Source of the DNA: a virus
IMG/VR virus record: IMGVR_UViG_3300025652_009361
Span: 59,562-123,561 of that record
Strand: one strand, 5' to 3'
DNA length: 64,000 nt
The notes beneath the pieces were generated by a model. It had not been told where the DNA came from, searched no databases, and saw nothing but the letters and a program-made list of their open reading frames with translations. Made by a program: the position numbers and the translations under genes. Shown piece by piece: positions 18,013 to 28,345 of this stretch (positions are counted from its first letter, which is position 1; the number at the start of each line of letters is the position of its first letter).

Positions 18013-20436
18013 TTATATTACACATATTTTGTTATTTTTCACACACATTTTTAATTCAGAAGTCTTTGGGTTATCTAATATTTTTTCAGCAACTAAGGTT
18101 TGAATTTCTCTCTGTAATGTTTTTAAGACTTGCCTAGCTCCAAAATTATTGAATTGTATCTTTTTGTAAACATAATCAAGAATTTTATTAGAGTAATTTA
18201 AAGAAATATTTTTACTTTCCATTTCATTTTTAAATGCGTCTAAATTTTTAACTATAATTCTTTTAATTTGCTCTTCTTTTAAAGGGTTGAAAGGTACTAT
18301 TTCGTCTATTCTGTTTAATAAATCTGCTGGAAAATGTTTTTTGACAGAGCTTACTATGTCGTTAGATATGTTTGAGTTTTCTTTATTAAAACCTATAGCA
18401 GGAGAGGTGACTACGTCTGATCCAATATTGGTTGTCATTACTACTATAGAGTTAGAAAAATCCACTTCTTTCCCTGAAGAGTCTGATATCTTTCCCTCTT
18501 CAAGTATTTGGAGCAATAAATATATTACATCTTTGTGGGCTTTTTGAATTTCATCAAAAAGAATTAAAGAGTATGGATTTCTAGAAACCTTTTCAGTTAG
18601 TATGCCTCCTTTGCCGTAACCAATATAACCCGGGCTAGATCCTATTAATTTATTAACTGCTGTTTGATCTGTATATTCTGTTAGATCTAAAAATATAAAA
18701 TTATTTTTATTTGAAAATAAATTGTTGGCAATGATTTTTGCAGTCATTGTTTTGCCGACACCTGTAGGTCCGGCTAAAAGTAATGATGACACTGGTTTTT
18801 TATCGTTTCTGAAACCGGCTTTAGCTCTAAGTAAGCATTTGTATATTTGATCTATTTGTTGTGTTTGGCCTAAAACTTCAGTTTTTAATGAGTCTCTAAG
18901 GTCTTTTATTTTTTTAGAGTCTTGTTTTTTTAGGTCTGAAATTGGAATATTAGTTTTGTCTGATACGACTTCTAAAATATCTGCTTGTTTAATTCTATAT
19001 CTAGAATCTTTCCATTTGTTAAAAAGTTTTTGAGTTACGGTTTGATATTTTTTTATCAGAGAGTTCATTCTTTTTAAGAATATGTTTTTAGCTAATTTAT
19101 CTTGCTTTAATGAGAGGTCTTTTATTTTTTCTTCAATAGAAGTCATTTCTGGAGTTTTTGTAAAATTTTTTAATTTTGTTTTAGCTCCGACTTGATCTAT
19201 AATATCTAAAGCTTTATCTGGGAATCTACCTTCCAGATATTTATCAGCTACATCAATCGTAAACTTTATGGTTTCATTTGAAAAATTCATTAAATGAAAA
19301 TCTTCATAAGAATCTTTAATGTTTTTGATTAACTGAAAAACTTCTTTTTTTGTAGGCTCCTCCATCTTTATCATTTGAAACCTTCTGGATAAAGCTGGGT
19401 CACCTTGAATAGTACGTCTGTATTCATCGAAAGTTGTTGCTCCTATGCAGCTAACTTCACCTCTAGCTAGATAAGGCTTAAGAATGTTTGCAACATCCAT
19501 ACCGTTCTCTGGGTTACCCGCTCCGATTATAGTATGGATTTCATCAATAAAAAGTACAATAAATGGATCGTTTACAATTTCTTTTAAAATGTTTTTAATC
19601 TTTTCTTCAAACTCTCCTCTATATTTACAACCGGCGATAATCATTGGAATATCTAAATTGTAAATATGCTTCATCACTAAAAAATCAGAACATTCCCCTT
19701 CTACAATTGCTTGGGCTAAAGACTCTACTAATGCAGTTTTTCCTACACCGGCTTCCCCGACAATTAGTGGATTGTTTTTATTTTTTCTACAAAGAACTTC
19801 AGAAATCTTTTTTATCAAAGGTTTGTTAACATGAAGAGAGCTTATTTTTCCTTGTATTACCTGAGAATTTAAATTTATAGCATATTCATTTAAAAATTTA
19901 TAGTTCTTAGGATTAAATTGCGATTTTTTTTGATCTTGATCTTCTTCGTCTTCGTCTTCTTCTTCGTAAATTGAAGACGGCAGTAAACCGCTTTCTTCTA
20001 GCTTTCTTTCAACATAATCAAATATTGCGTCGTAGTTAATTTGTAGATTAGATATTACGTCTCTTAAAAAAATATCTGTTTCTTTAAAAAGCGACAAAAA
20101 TACATGCTCTAAACCTATGTATTTATGATCATACTTATTCGACAATTGTTTAGCGGAAGAAAAAACTTTTCTACTAATCGGAGATAACTTAGACTTAGAA
20201 GATGACTGACTGTCTTTAAGCTTAGATTTATTTAATGTGAAGAGGCAAGCCTTTTCGACTCGCTCGTAACTTATTTCAAATTGATCGAAAGCGTCTAAAA
20301 TTTGATTATTCGGGATTTTTAAAAAAGCTAACAGTAAGTGAACATTATTTAATTGATGATACTCAAGGTCTGTAGCTATTTTGTGAGCTTCTTTAATTAA
20401 TTTTTGAGCCCTAGGGGTTAAGTTATAACTTTTCAT
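18013..20436 (-). CDS. clpC: ATP-dependent Clp protease ATP-binding subunit (ClpC/ClpA-like)
   Basis: Clp_N repeats, GEAGVGKT/FIDEIH, RFPDKALD, GPTGVGKT/FDEIQKAH, IGF loop, NRIDE, FGAR. Confidence 0.9.
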   Translation of the reverse strand: MKSYNLTPRAQKLIKEAHKIATDLEYHQLNNVHLLLAFLKIPNNQILDAFDQFEISYERVEKACLFTLNKSKLKDSQSSSKSKLSPISRKVFSSAKQLSNKYDHKYIGLEHVFLSLFKETDIFLRDVISNLQINYDAIFDYVERKLEESGLLPSSIYEEEDEDEEDQDQKKSQFNPKNYKFLNEYAINLNSQVIQGKISSLHVNKPLIKKISEVLCRKNKNNPLIVGEAGVGKTALVESLAQAIVEGECSDFLVMKHIYNLDIPMIIAGCKYRGEFEEKIKNILKEIVNDPFIVLFIDEIHTIIGAGNPENGMDVANILKPYLARGEVSCIGATTFDEYRRTIQGDPALSRRFQMIKMEEPTKKEVFQLIKNIKDSYEDFHLMNFSNETIKFTIDVADKYLEGRFPDKALDIIDQVGAKTKLKNFTKTPEMTSIEEKIKDLSLKQDKLAKNIFLKRMNSLIKKYQTVTQKLFNKWKDSRYRIKQADILEVVSDKTNIPISDLKKQDSKKIKDLRDSLKTEVLGQTQQIDQIYKCLLRAKAGFRNDKKPVSSLLLAGPTGVGKTMTAKIIANNLFSNKNNFIFLDLTEYTDQTAVNKLIGSSPGYIGYGKGGILTEKVSRNPYSLILFDEIQKAHKDVIYLLLQILEEGKISDSSGKEVDFSNSIVVMTTNIGSDVVTSPAIGFNKENSNISNDIVSSVKKHFPADLLNRIDEIVPFNPLKEEQIKRIIVKNLDAFKNEMESKNISLNYSNKILDYVYKKIQFNNFGARQVLKTLQREIQTLVAEKILDNPKTSELKMCVKNNKICVI

Positions 20437-22997
20437 TGAACATCTGATAACTTCATGTATATTTTATTTTCTAAAATATTTATATTATCTACCCAAACTA
20501 TATCATCTCCTTTTTTACCTGTAAAGACTATAATGTCTTCTTTTTGTGGGATCTTATTACCTTTTTCTATATAATTAGTTAACCTCTTAACTCTAGGGCT
20601 GTCCATGAACAAAGCGCTGGTACGTCCTGATTCGTCACTAACTTGAAATTTATAAAAAGTAGAATTCGATTTTCTTGATTTGCTTTTATAAACATCTTCG
20701 ACTATGGCGACTATTTTAACAGAGTCTCCGTTAAATGCTGAGTGTAATTGTAAGCAATCTGTAAAGTTGTTTTGGCTTTCTTTAAAAACTGATTTTAATT
20801 TAACTGAAGGGTTGTAACCAAGTAATTTATTTTCAAAATACCAATTAGCAAAATCTTCATTACCTTTATTCTGGGAATAGATTTTTTTGTACTCGTTGTA
20901 TTTTCTCTTGAAAGTGATTTTTCTTTTTTCAGTCATGAACGGTTTACCGTCACCTCTTTTAGCGTCAGGTTTTTCAGGATTAAAAGCGGCTTGAAAAACG
21001 ATTTGTAAAATATCAAAGTTATATTTTTCTGCGACGCTCAGAGCATAAGCTTTTTCTTTGTCTGTTAATATATTAAAAACTTGCGCTTCCATAACTAACC
21101 CAGATCTAGAACGATTTTCAGAAGATTCTAGAGTTCCAGCTTGGATTAAAGCTGATAAAAGACCGATATTGATTTTAGCCTCTTTTGCCGCTAAGAACGT
21201 TTCGAACTTATTGGCTTTGTTAGAGCCTCTAAAGCTTTCTAGGGCCTGTAAGCTTTTTTCTGAGACGCCTTTAATAGCATTTAAGCCGAATCTTATGTTG
21301 TTTCCTTCTTTTGAAAAGTCTAAAGCTGATTTAGACAAATCTGGAGAAAGTAATTTCATGTCAAAATAAACTAACTCTTGAGATATTCTGCTTATTTCGG
21401 CATGGGAATCTGGTTCGTATTTTGATAACTCTAATAAGGCTAAATAAAAATCTTGCGGGTAATTGAATTTTAAATACGCCGTCCAAGCAGAAAGTGTAGC
21501 GTAAGATATACTATGAGATTTATTAAAGCTATAATTAGCTGAGTCTTCTGCAACTTTCCATAAAACTTCGCCTATTTGGGGCTCTAAATTATTTTCTGCA
21601 ATTTTTTCAGAAATTTTCTCTTTCCAAACCGGCATTTGATCCACTTTTTTCTTGCCTACTATTCTTCTCAGCTGCTCAGCTTCATCTAAAGTGAACCCAA
21701 TTTTTACAACCATCTTCATTAACTGCTCTTGGTATAGCGGAATTCCAGCAGTGTAGGAGAGCTCCTCTTTAAAAAAATCATGAACTAGGCCAAATTGACC
21801 ACTGCTTGTGTATAAGGCGTATTCATCTGTAAAATCTAAAGCTCCGGGTCTGGCCAAGGCTACTACAGCGCTAAGCTCTTCAAGGCCCCTTGGTTTTACT
21901 TTTTTGCAAACCCTGTAATTAGTATCAGCTTCGATTTGAAATAAACCTTGAGGGGTTTTTAGATCTTTAAAGTTTTTGTAAATATTTTCATCGGATACAT
22001 CAATAGAGTCCATCTCGATCCCTAGAGATTTACAAACTCTATCAACTACAGTTAAAGTTCTTAAACCTAAAACATCAAATTTAACCATCAGCTCAGATAC
22101 ATAGTTCATATCGTAGCCAGTAACAAAATCTCCTTCACTGGTTTTTTGTAGAGGGCAGATCTCTTGAATGTCATAATATGAGATAGCAATACCTGACGGA
22201 TGGACTCCCGTGTTTTTGTTTAAGCTTTCAATTTTTCTACCTATAGCGAAGGTTTTTTTATTTAAGTCAACCCATTCTTTAAATTTTTCATTCTCTTTAT
22301 ACGAGTCAACCAAAGGCATAACTCTTCCAAAGATTTTCGGAATACAATCGCTTACTTCGTTAACTTCAGATTCAGAATACTCTCCCACTATTTTTCCGCA
22401 TTCTTTTATGCATAATTTACTAGATAGAGTATTAAGAGTTAAAATTTTAGCAGTTTTTCCATGATGCTTTCTTTCGATATACTCAATAACCTCAGACCTT
22501 CTATCATAACTAATATCATTGTCAACGTCAGGGAGAAGTGATCCTTCTAAATAAGTGATATCATCTTTTATGATTTTCTTAGCTCTAGACCTAGAAACAA
22601 ATCTTTCAAAAAATAAACCGTATTTAATTGGGTCAACTTTAGTAACACCAATCAAAAACAAAACAAGCGATCCGGCTGCGCTGCCTCGACCGGGGCCTGT
22701 AGGGATTTGATTTTCATGGCAAAAATTTAAAATATCCCAATTCAACAATACATAATCTACAAATTCAAGCTCTTTAAAAATATCGAGTTCCATTGTTAGA
22801 CGGTTTTGATATTCTTTAGATTGATATTTAGTTGTTGTTAATTTAGAATAGCATAAAACTTTTAAGAAATTAAAATTATCGACACTGCTATCAAGGTTGA
22901 GCTCTTTATAATGCTTGCTTTCAATTTTAATACTCGGTAGTCTTACTCCGGGCAGCATTGCATTGTCATACCTCTTTATATCCTTTAAAAAACTCAT
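20433..22997 (-). CDS. dnaE: DNA polymerase III alpha subunit, catalytic part (no PHP domain)
   Basis: GPGRGSAAGSLV, FERF, PDVDND, GVHPSG, KFDVLGL, YQEQLM, FNKSHS, C-terminal OB-like region. Confidence 0.95.
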   Translation of the reverse strand: MSFLKDIKRYDNAMLPGVRLPSIKIESKHYKELNLDSSVDNFNFLKVLCYSKLTTTKYQSKEYQNRLTMELDIFKELEFVDYVLLNWDILNFCHENQIPTGPGRGSAAGSLVLFLIGVTKVDPIKYGLFFERFVSRSRAKKIIKDDITYLEGSLLPDVDNDISYDRRSEVIEYIERKHHGKTAKILTLNTLSSKLCIKECGKIVGEYSESEVNEVSDCIPKIFGRVMPLVDSYKENEKFKEWVDLNKKTFAIGRKIESLNKNTGVHPSGIAISYYDIQEICPLQKTSEGDFVTGYDMNYVSELMVKFDVLGLRTLTVVDRVCKSLGIEMDSIDVSDENIYKNFKDLKTPQGLFQIEADTNYRVCKKVKPRGLEELSAVVALARPGALDFTDEYALYTSSGQFGLVHDFFKEELSYTAGIPLYQEQLMKMVVKIGFTLDEAEQLRRIVGKKKVDQMPVWKEKISEKIAENNLEPQIGEVLWKVAEDSANYSFNKSHSISYATLSAWTAYLKFNYPQDFYLALLELSKYEPDSHAEISRISQELVYFDMKLLSPDLSKSALDFSKEGNNIRFGLNAIKGVSEKSLQALESFRGSNKANKFETFLAAKEAKINIGLLSALIQAGTLESSENRSRSGLVMEAQVFNILTDKEKAYALSVAEKYNFDILQIVFQAAFNPEKPDAKRGDGKPFMTEKRKITFKRKYNEYKKIYSQNKGNEDFANWYFENKLLGYNPSVKLKSVFKESQNNFTDCLQLHSAFNGDSVKIVAIVEDVYKSKSRKSNSTFYKFQVSDESGRTSALFMDSPRVKRLTNYIEKGNKIPQKEDIIVFTGKKGDDIVWVDNINILENKIYMKLSDVQ

Positions 22998-23626
22998 AGA
23001 TCTATCTGTATTAATTGTTTGCGAAATATTTTCAAATTCATTTGAACGTCGTATAAAGAGTCATGCAGTTTATTTTCGTCGAAATCTATTTTATACTGCT
23101 TAAGTTGAGCTTTTATGCTTGTTCTTAAATTTCTTTCTCTAAAATCGTTAAGTCTATACTGCCATTGAATAAACTTGTCTAAACTATTCGGAGTTTTCAT
23201 TCCTTTTTTAATAGCTTTGGCTACACAGTTAGTATCGTAAATTCTATTTATGTAAGAAAAATCTGAATCTAATCCTAGGAGTTTTCTGTATATGTTATGA
23301 ACATAAACATCAAAACCTAAAAGATTTTGACCAACTATGATGTAATCTTCATTGTACAAATAAGATTCAAATTCTTGTAAAACCTTTTTGGGGTCTTGAG
23401 CTAATCTTTTATATTTTTCATCATCAAATCTGGTTATTTTCCTTGCCTCTTCTGACAGTTTTAAATCAGGCCATTTTATGTGGCAATCTTTTTCTTTTAC
23501 GGTTTTGTATCCTTCCGTAATTATATAGCTTAATTGCCAAGGTTTGTTGTCTGGGCTAAGCAAATTTAAATTACAAGTTTCAAAATCGAAACATATATAT
23601 TTCTGTTTTTTATCGTCTTTAAGCAT
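22994..23626 (-). CDS. DEDDh 3'-5' exonuclease (DnaQ/epsilon-like)
   Basis: FDFETCNL, GQNLLGFD, HDSLYDV. Start adjusted to ATG 23626. Confidence 0.9.
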   Translation of the reverse strand: MLKDDKKQKYICFDFETCNLNLLSPDNKPWQLSYIITEGYKTVKEKDCHIKWPDLKLSEEARKITRFDDEKYKRLAQDPKKVLQEFESYLYNEDYIIVGQNLLGFDVYVHNIYRKLLGLDSDFSYINRIYDTNCVAKAIKKGMKTPNSLDKFIQWQYRLNDFRERNLRTSIKAQLKQYKIDFDENKLHDSLYDVQMNLKIFRKQLIQIDL

Positions 23627-24374
23627 TTTGTTCTTTCCATGATTCAAAGCTAAATTCGTTGCTGCAAAAATGTGCGAGCTCTGGCCTTGATAAGCTTCTA
23701 GTTTTACCGAATGATCTGTTGCAGATTATTTTGTAACTCATTAACGCTTCGGCATCTTTTTTATTTTTATAATAAATTGATTTTACTTTTTCTGTAGGGT
23801 GATTATTTTTAGAGGCGTATTCTGCAACTTCATATTTAAGTAGTGAGTCAAAAGCTAAGCCATTAGACTCAATAAAAAAGGTGGGTTTTATTTTATTAAA
23901 GTTAGGTATTGAGTTGGTGCCATACTTTAACAAGTTGGTATATAGAAATGAGTCATAAAATGGAACCGCTAATTTTAAGTGAGTGTCGTCCCAAACTTTC
24001 TCAAGAATTTCATAAGTTAAGTAACCATTAGATTCTGTAAAAGCTTTAGAATAAATTAGATTTAAAAGCTTACATCCTTGATTGTTTTTTGCAAAAATAA
24101 TTATTTTATGTTCGCTTTCAGTATCAGCTTCTTCTTTAGAGTTTCTCATAGAAAGCCTAAGACCAAAAACTAATTTTATATTATTTTCTGTGCATCTTTT
24201 GTACGCTTCAGAAAAACCTATTAAAGAGTCTTCTACTAAGATTATTTCTGACAAATTATTGTCTAAGGCTATTTGAAAAATACTATCAGATCCACCATCT
24301 TTTACTTTAGATGCATCATTAAGGGTTAGAATTGATTTTCCTATAGAGTAATGGCTTTTGAACAAGGCTAGCAT
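23619..24374 (-). CDS. PHP domain protein (N-terminal part of Pol III alpha)
   Basis: SHYSIGKSIL, NIKLVFGL, IIFAKNNQGCKLLNLIYS match the DnaE PHP layout. Metal ligands are degenerate. Confidence 0.85.
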   Translation of the reverse strand: MLALFKSHYSIGKSILTLNDASKVKDGGSDSIFQIALDNNLSEIILVEDSLIGFSEAYKRCTENNIKLVFGLRLSMRNSKEEADTESEHKIIIFAKNNQGCKLLNLIYSKAFTESNGYLTYEILEKVWDDTHLKLAVPFYDSFLYTNLLKYGTNSIPNFNKIKPTFFIESNGLAFDSLLKYEVAEYASKNNHPTEKVKSIYYKNKKDAEALMSYKIICNRSFGKTRSLSRPELAHFCSNEFSFESWKEQNA

Positions 24375-24395
24375 GTTTAATACATTACATTAATA

Positions 24396-25508
24396 TCAAA
24401 ATTTGTCAAGATCAAATTCGTCTTCAATTTCAGAAGATCTTTCAAATGGGGGAGGTGTGGCTGGTTTGTTAAATAAGGGGCATCCAGTGTAATGAAGTTT
24501 TGTTATTTTGTCTTTTTTTTGTTTGTATTTGGTAGCTTCTTTTTCTGTGAAGAAAGATCTTTTAATTTGTTTTTTTTCGTCAATAACTGAGTAATAATCA
24601 AATGGAAACTTAAAAGAACAATACCACTTTGGCGAACCATCTTTTTTAAGTTCGTTTGGTTTTTTAGCGAAGCCGCATAAAAGACGACCACTAAAACTTC
24701 CATCTTTTGGCATACCTTGTTTAAAAGCTAAATTAGATTTAGATGTTTCCTGAGTGAAATTTTCAGCGTAAGATTGAAAGTCAGTTAATTCATATTCAAA
24801 ACCTTTGAGTTCATCTTCGGTTTTTGATCTCATTGTCAATACAGAATTCGATGAACCAACTATCTGCCATTTTCCAGAAGAAGATTGCGAACTCTGCATA
24901 GCTTTAAGAAAGACGAACTCCATTTTAACATCTTTATATTTAGGGTAAAGTTTTTTTACAGCTAGAGTGTAGATATAATCTTGCAAATTATCTGTCACTT
25001 CTTTGCCTTCATATACTTTTTTATTAGTTTTAAAGTCTCTAATTAGAGCTATACCTTTGCTCTTATACATAAACAGTCTGTCAATAAAGCCTTTAACTTT
25101 ATATCTTACATCATCCTCTTCAATTTCTAATTCAAATTCTTTTTCCGAAATAGTTTCAGTTGGCCTACCTATCTCTTTTCCAAAGAAATCGTAAACAACG
25201 CCTCTAAAAGCCATGTCATGCATGTCTTCTAAATTTGATGGATTTTCTAATAAGTTAGAGGCTTTAGCGTGTTTATAAATTAACCTTTCTACAGCGCTAG
25301 AACCACAAACAGTTCCATCTTTTAATATTGAATCATAATGCTTTTTATGCCTGTTCTTACCAAGGCATTCCAAAACTAAATGCACAATACTGCCCTTTAA
25401 AGCTCCGTCATTAGTTTTATCTGGGAGCTTAAGATGATATTTACACCAATACAACCAAGAGCAGGAAGTCATGGTTTTGATTTTACTAGCTGATAACGTC
25501 TGATTCAA
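24396..25508 (-). CDS. PD-(D/E)xK nuclease (RecB/Cas4-like)
   Basis: LSASKI...C, GSIVH, EKEF, GFIDRL, IRDFKT, LQDYIY, C-terminal Cys residues. Confidence 0.88.
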   Translation of the reverse strand: MNQTLSASKIKTMTSCSWLYWCKYHLKLPDKTNDGALKGSIVHLVLECLGKNRHKKHYDSILKDGTVCGSSAVERLIYKHAKASNLLENPSNLEDMHDMAFRGVVYDFFGKEIGRPTETISEKEFELEIEEDDVRYKVKGFIDRLFMYKSKGIALIRDFKTNKKVYEGKEVTDNLQDYIYTLAVKKLYPKYKDVKMEFVFLKAMQSSQSSSGKWQIVGSSNSVLTMRSKTEDELKGFEYELTDFQSYAENFTQETSKSNLAFKQGMPKDGSFSGRLLCGFAKKPNELKKDGSPKWYCSFKFPFDYYSVIDEKKQIKRSFFTEKEATKYKQKKDKITKLHYTGCPLFNKPATPPPFERSSEIEDEFDLDKF

Positions 25509-26583
25509 AATTCAACTTTTCTAAGTAGTCTTCTAGTATTTTTACACATTTTTTATCTTTTATGTTTCTTTTGTTCTCTAGAATTTTAGATACTTGTTTG
25601 AATGGGTTAATTTTTCTTTCAACCCACTTATTTATTTCAACTTGCTGTTCAAGCATGTCACCAAAATCTTTCAATAGCGGTAATTTTATTTGAACTTTTT
25701 GTGGATCAAAATACTTGATCAATTTAATAAGTATTTTTATTGCTGCATCTCTGCCAGCATTTTTGCTTTTACCATAATCATTGTTAGTGGCAATAGTAAT
25801 TTTTTCTAAATCTAAAGTTAAAAGATGTGATATTTGTTTAGAACTTAAATCTAATCCAAAGATAACCATATGATTGTAAAAGCCTTGTTCTGTAAGGGCT
25901 AAGCTGTCGCCTACACCTTCAACAAGTATAACCTCTTTTGTTTTATTTATCTTTTTATAAAACAAATCACTATAGTTAGGAATATTAAATGGATAAACCC
26001 ATCTTGTTTTTCGTCCTAGATGTTTCCATTTTGGCATAGGAGAATTTTTATTCCAAAGCAAATGTCTACCGCTTAAACCTATGACTTTTTCGTTTGGGTC
26101 ATATATAGGAAAAACAAATCTGCCATTCATTTTGCCTGACATAGAAAATCCTGCACGATAAGTTTTAAGGGTTTTATCTGTTATGCATTTTTTGTTGTAA
26201 AAATCATAATGGGGCAAAAGCACCCCTATTTCGTTATGGTCAAAAAATTGATCTGTTTCCATCTTAGGCGCTTTATGTACAGGTATGAAAGAATTAGTAT
26301 CAGGTTTTAAGGATGTTATTATATTTTTTACTTTATTGTCATCTTTACAGCTAAGTTCAAGTAATTTCTTGAAAGGCATGTAAGAAGTTCCTTGAACAAA
26401 GTCTTTCCAAATTCCAGTGTTTTTCCAGATTTGCAAAGCCGTCCTATTATCACCATCTCTATAAGCTGCTGTACTTTGCCAATATCTACCTCTATCAGAT
26501 AATTCATAACCTAAATCAAGAAGTATTTCTTCTATTCTATCTGATTGATCTTCAGCCCAATTCAGGTATGTCTTCGGTTCCAT
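25486..26583 (-). CDS. dnaG: DNA primase (DnaG-like, TOPRIM)
   Basis: RFVFPIYD..VIGLSGR, PKWKH, ILVEGVGD, ATNND...AGR, KDFGD. Start adjusted to ATG 26583. Confidence 0.85.
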   Translation of the reverse strand: MEPKTYLNWAEDQSDRIEEILLDLGYELSDRGRYWQSTAAYRDGDNRTALQIWKNTGIWKDFVQGTSYMPFKKLLELSCKDDNKVKNIITSLKPDTNSFIPVHKAPKMETDQFFDHNEIGVLLPHYDFYNKKCITDKTLKTYRAGFSMSGKMNGRFVFPIYDPNEKVIGLSGRHLLWNKNSPMPKWKHLGRKTRWVYPFNIPNYSDLFYKKINKTKEVILVEGVGDSLALTEQGFYNHMVIFGLDLSSKQISHLLTLDLEKITIATNNDYGKSKNAGRDAAIKILIKLIKYFDPQKVQIKLPLLKDFGDMLEQQVEINKWVERKINPFKQVSKILENKRNIKDKKCVKILEDYLEKLNFESDVIS

Positions 26584-28069
26584 TATTTCTATCCTCCACA
26601 GTTGAGTTCGAATCTTGAGAAGCAATAATATCTCGTAAATCTCCTTTTTCAGTTATATAAAAATTATTACATTCTAAATTAACGAAATTTTTTCTAGCTG
26701 TTCCGTCATTCATGGTTACTAGGTTTACTGCTCCGGCTATATCTCTGCCTAAATGCCTAGCCTTAACATTTATTAGTTTATGAGTCCCGAATCCTCTTTC
26801 AGACTGGAGTTCATCTGCTGTTTTGTTTCTTAAGATGAACATATGGGATGAAAACTGAGTGATTCTATCTGAAAGTGAAACAATGCTTTCATCATCCACA
26901 ATATTATTAGCATTTCGATTCGTTGTAATTCCAGATCTGTTTGATTGAACTGAAGTGATCATGGATACGCAAGGCCCTGAGTCTCCCATAATATCTCTTT
27001 GGATACACTTTTTATACTTATCAACCATCTCTCCAACTACTTGCCATTCATTTTTGTTAGAAGAATTTTCATTAGTTGTTTTTATATAATCAAAGCTAAA
27101 TATTAAAGGGTTATTTCTTCCGACTTTAGCGTAATAAAATCTTTTTAAAATGCTTATTTGAGAGTCTACGTTAAACCCTCCTATATTGTAATAATAAAAA
27201 TGTTTATATTTTTTGGTTATAGTTTTCCAAACTGATCTGACTTTACTTACTACTTCTTTACCGCTGTTTCTCCAGTTTCCGCTTTCAAGAAGCCAGACAG
27301 GAACTCCCGACATTGATGCACACTGTCTAAACATCAATTCTTCCTTGCTCATTTCTCCGTTATCAAAATGAAGAATTGGCACTTCGTATTTTTCAGAGGC
27401 CTTTGTTACAAAATCTATGCAAAACTGAGTCTTGCCTACACCCGATCTTGCAACAATAACAGTTATGTTGCCGGGTCTAAGAAGAGATCCATACATATCT
27501 TGCAATTTTGGATGAGGGCCAGAAAATCCAAACTCATCTATTGGGTTTTCTCCTCTTTCTTCGATCAACTCTTCCATTGAATCGAAAATATTCTCAGGTT
27601 GATCCGTGCCTGTCTCGTATAAATTTATTTGGTTGTTATAAATTTCATCAGACTTTTCTATGATTTCATTAAAAGAAGCGCTATGCAACGCTCTCATTTT
27701 ATTGCTTATATCAACACCGCATTTAGCTATTTCTCTCCTAACAGTGTATTTCTTAAGCTCTGAGGCTATACTTACAACTGAGTCTGCTGAAACTTTTCTT
27801 AAAGATAACGATTCAATGTGATCGTAAGGATTTAAAGAGTCATCAAAAGATATGCCAAACTCTTTGACTCTTTGAGCTATAACTACTTCATCAATTTCGT
27901 CTCCATTCTCAATAGCTTGCTTAAGTACAGAAAAAATAGTTCTATTTATTTTAGAAGACTCTGACCAAAAATCTTTCTCAGTTATGTGGGAAGCTATGTC
28001 TGCATATCTATCTGGGTATTTTATTAGACCTGCAAGAAGTTGTGTTTCGAGGTCATAAGAGTATATCAT
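26552..28069 (-). CDS. dnaB: Replicative DNA helicase (DnaB-like)
   Basis: DnaB N-terminal domain, VARSGVGKT, EMSKEE, FDYIK, VQSNR, VKARH. Confidence 0.92.
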   Translation of the reverse strand: MIYSYDLETQLLAGLIKYPDRYADIASHITEKDFWSESSKINRTIFSVLKQAIENGDEIDEVVIAQRVKEFGISFDDSLNPYDHIESLSLRKVSADSVVSIASELKKYTVRREIAKCGVDISNKMRALHSASFNEIIEKSDEIYNNQINLYETGTDQPENIFDSMEELIEERGENPIDEFGFSGPHPKLQDMYGSLLRPGNITVIVARSGVGKTQFCIDFVTKASEKYEVPILHFDNGEMSKEELMFRQCASMSGVPVWLLESGNWRNSGKEVVSKVRSVWKTITKKYKHFYYYNIGGFNVDSQISILKRFYYAKVGRNNPLIFSFDYIKTTNENSSNKNEWQVVGEMVDKYKKCIQRDIMGDSGPCVSMITSVQSNRSGITTNRNANNIVDDESIVSLSDRITQFSSHMFILRNKTADELQSERGFGTHKLINVKARHLGRDIAGAVNLVTMNDGTARKNFVNLECNNFYITEKGDLRDIIASQDSNSTVEDRNNGTEDIPELG

Positions 28070-28081
28070 AAATACAACTTA

Positions 28082-28345
28082 CTACTCTTCAAGCTCAGTG
28101 TCAAGTGGATCTTCTGAGTTATTCATATCATCAATGTAATTTTCTAAAGCTTTGATGAGGCCCATCTGTACAATAGGGCTAGCTATTTTAGCATAAATTA
28201 AAGGGCAACCCTCTTGATTTACGTAAGCTACTATAAAACCTTTAGAAGTTTCGTCAGGTGAACCAGTGAATTCAAAAAGCTTGTTGAAATAATTTTCTGG
28301 TATTTTAAAACTTTTGAATTCTTCTGAGTTAACGGCTTTTTTCAT
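28082..28345 (-). CDS. Hypothetical protein
   Basis: ORF directly upstream of dnaB. GTGTA 14 nt upstream. Confidence 0.75.
   Translation of the reverse strand: MKKAVNSEEFKSFKIPENYFNKLFEFTGSPDETSKGFIVAYVNQEGCPLIYAKIASPIVQMGLIKALENYIDDMNNSEDPLDTELEE

Noticed and set aside
20433-24374. Split-intein DnaE
   Set aside because: No intein N-terminal (C/S block A) or C-terminal HN motifs at the gene ends, and the intervening gene is an exonuclease.
24396-25508. Cas4-like nuclease as evidence of a CRISPR system
   Set aside because: No repeat-spacer array or other cas genes. The replication-operon context fits a solo RecB-family exonuclease.
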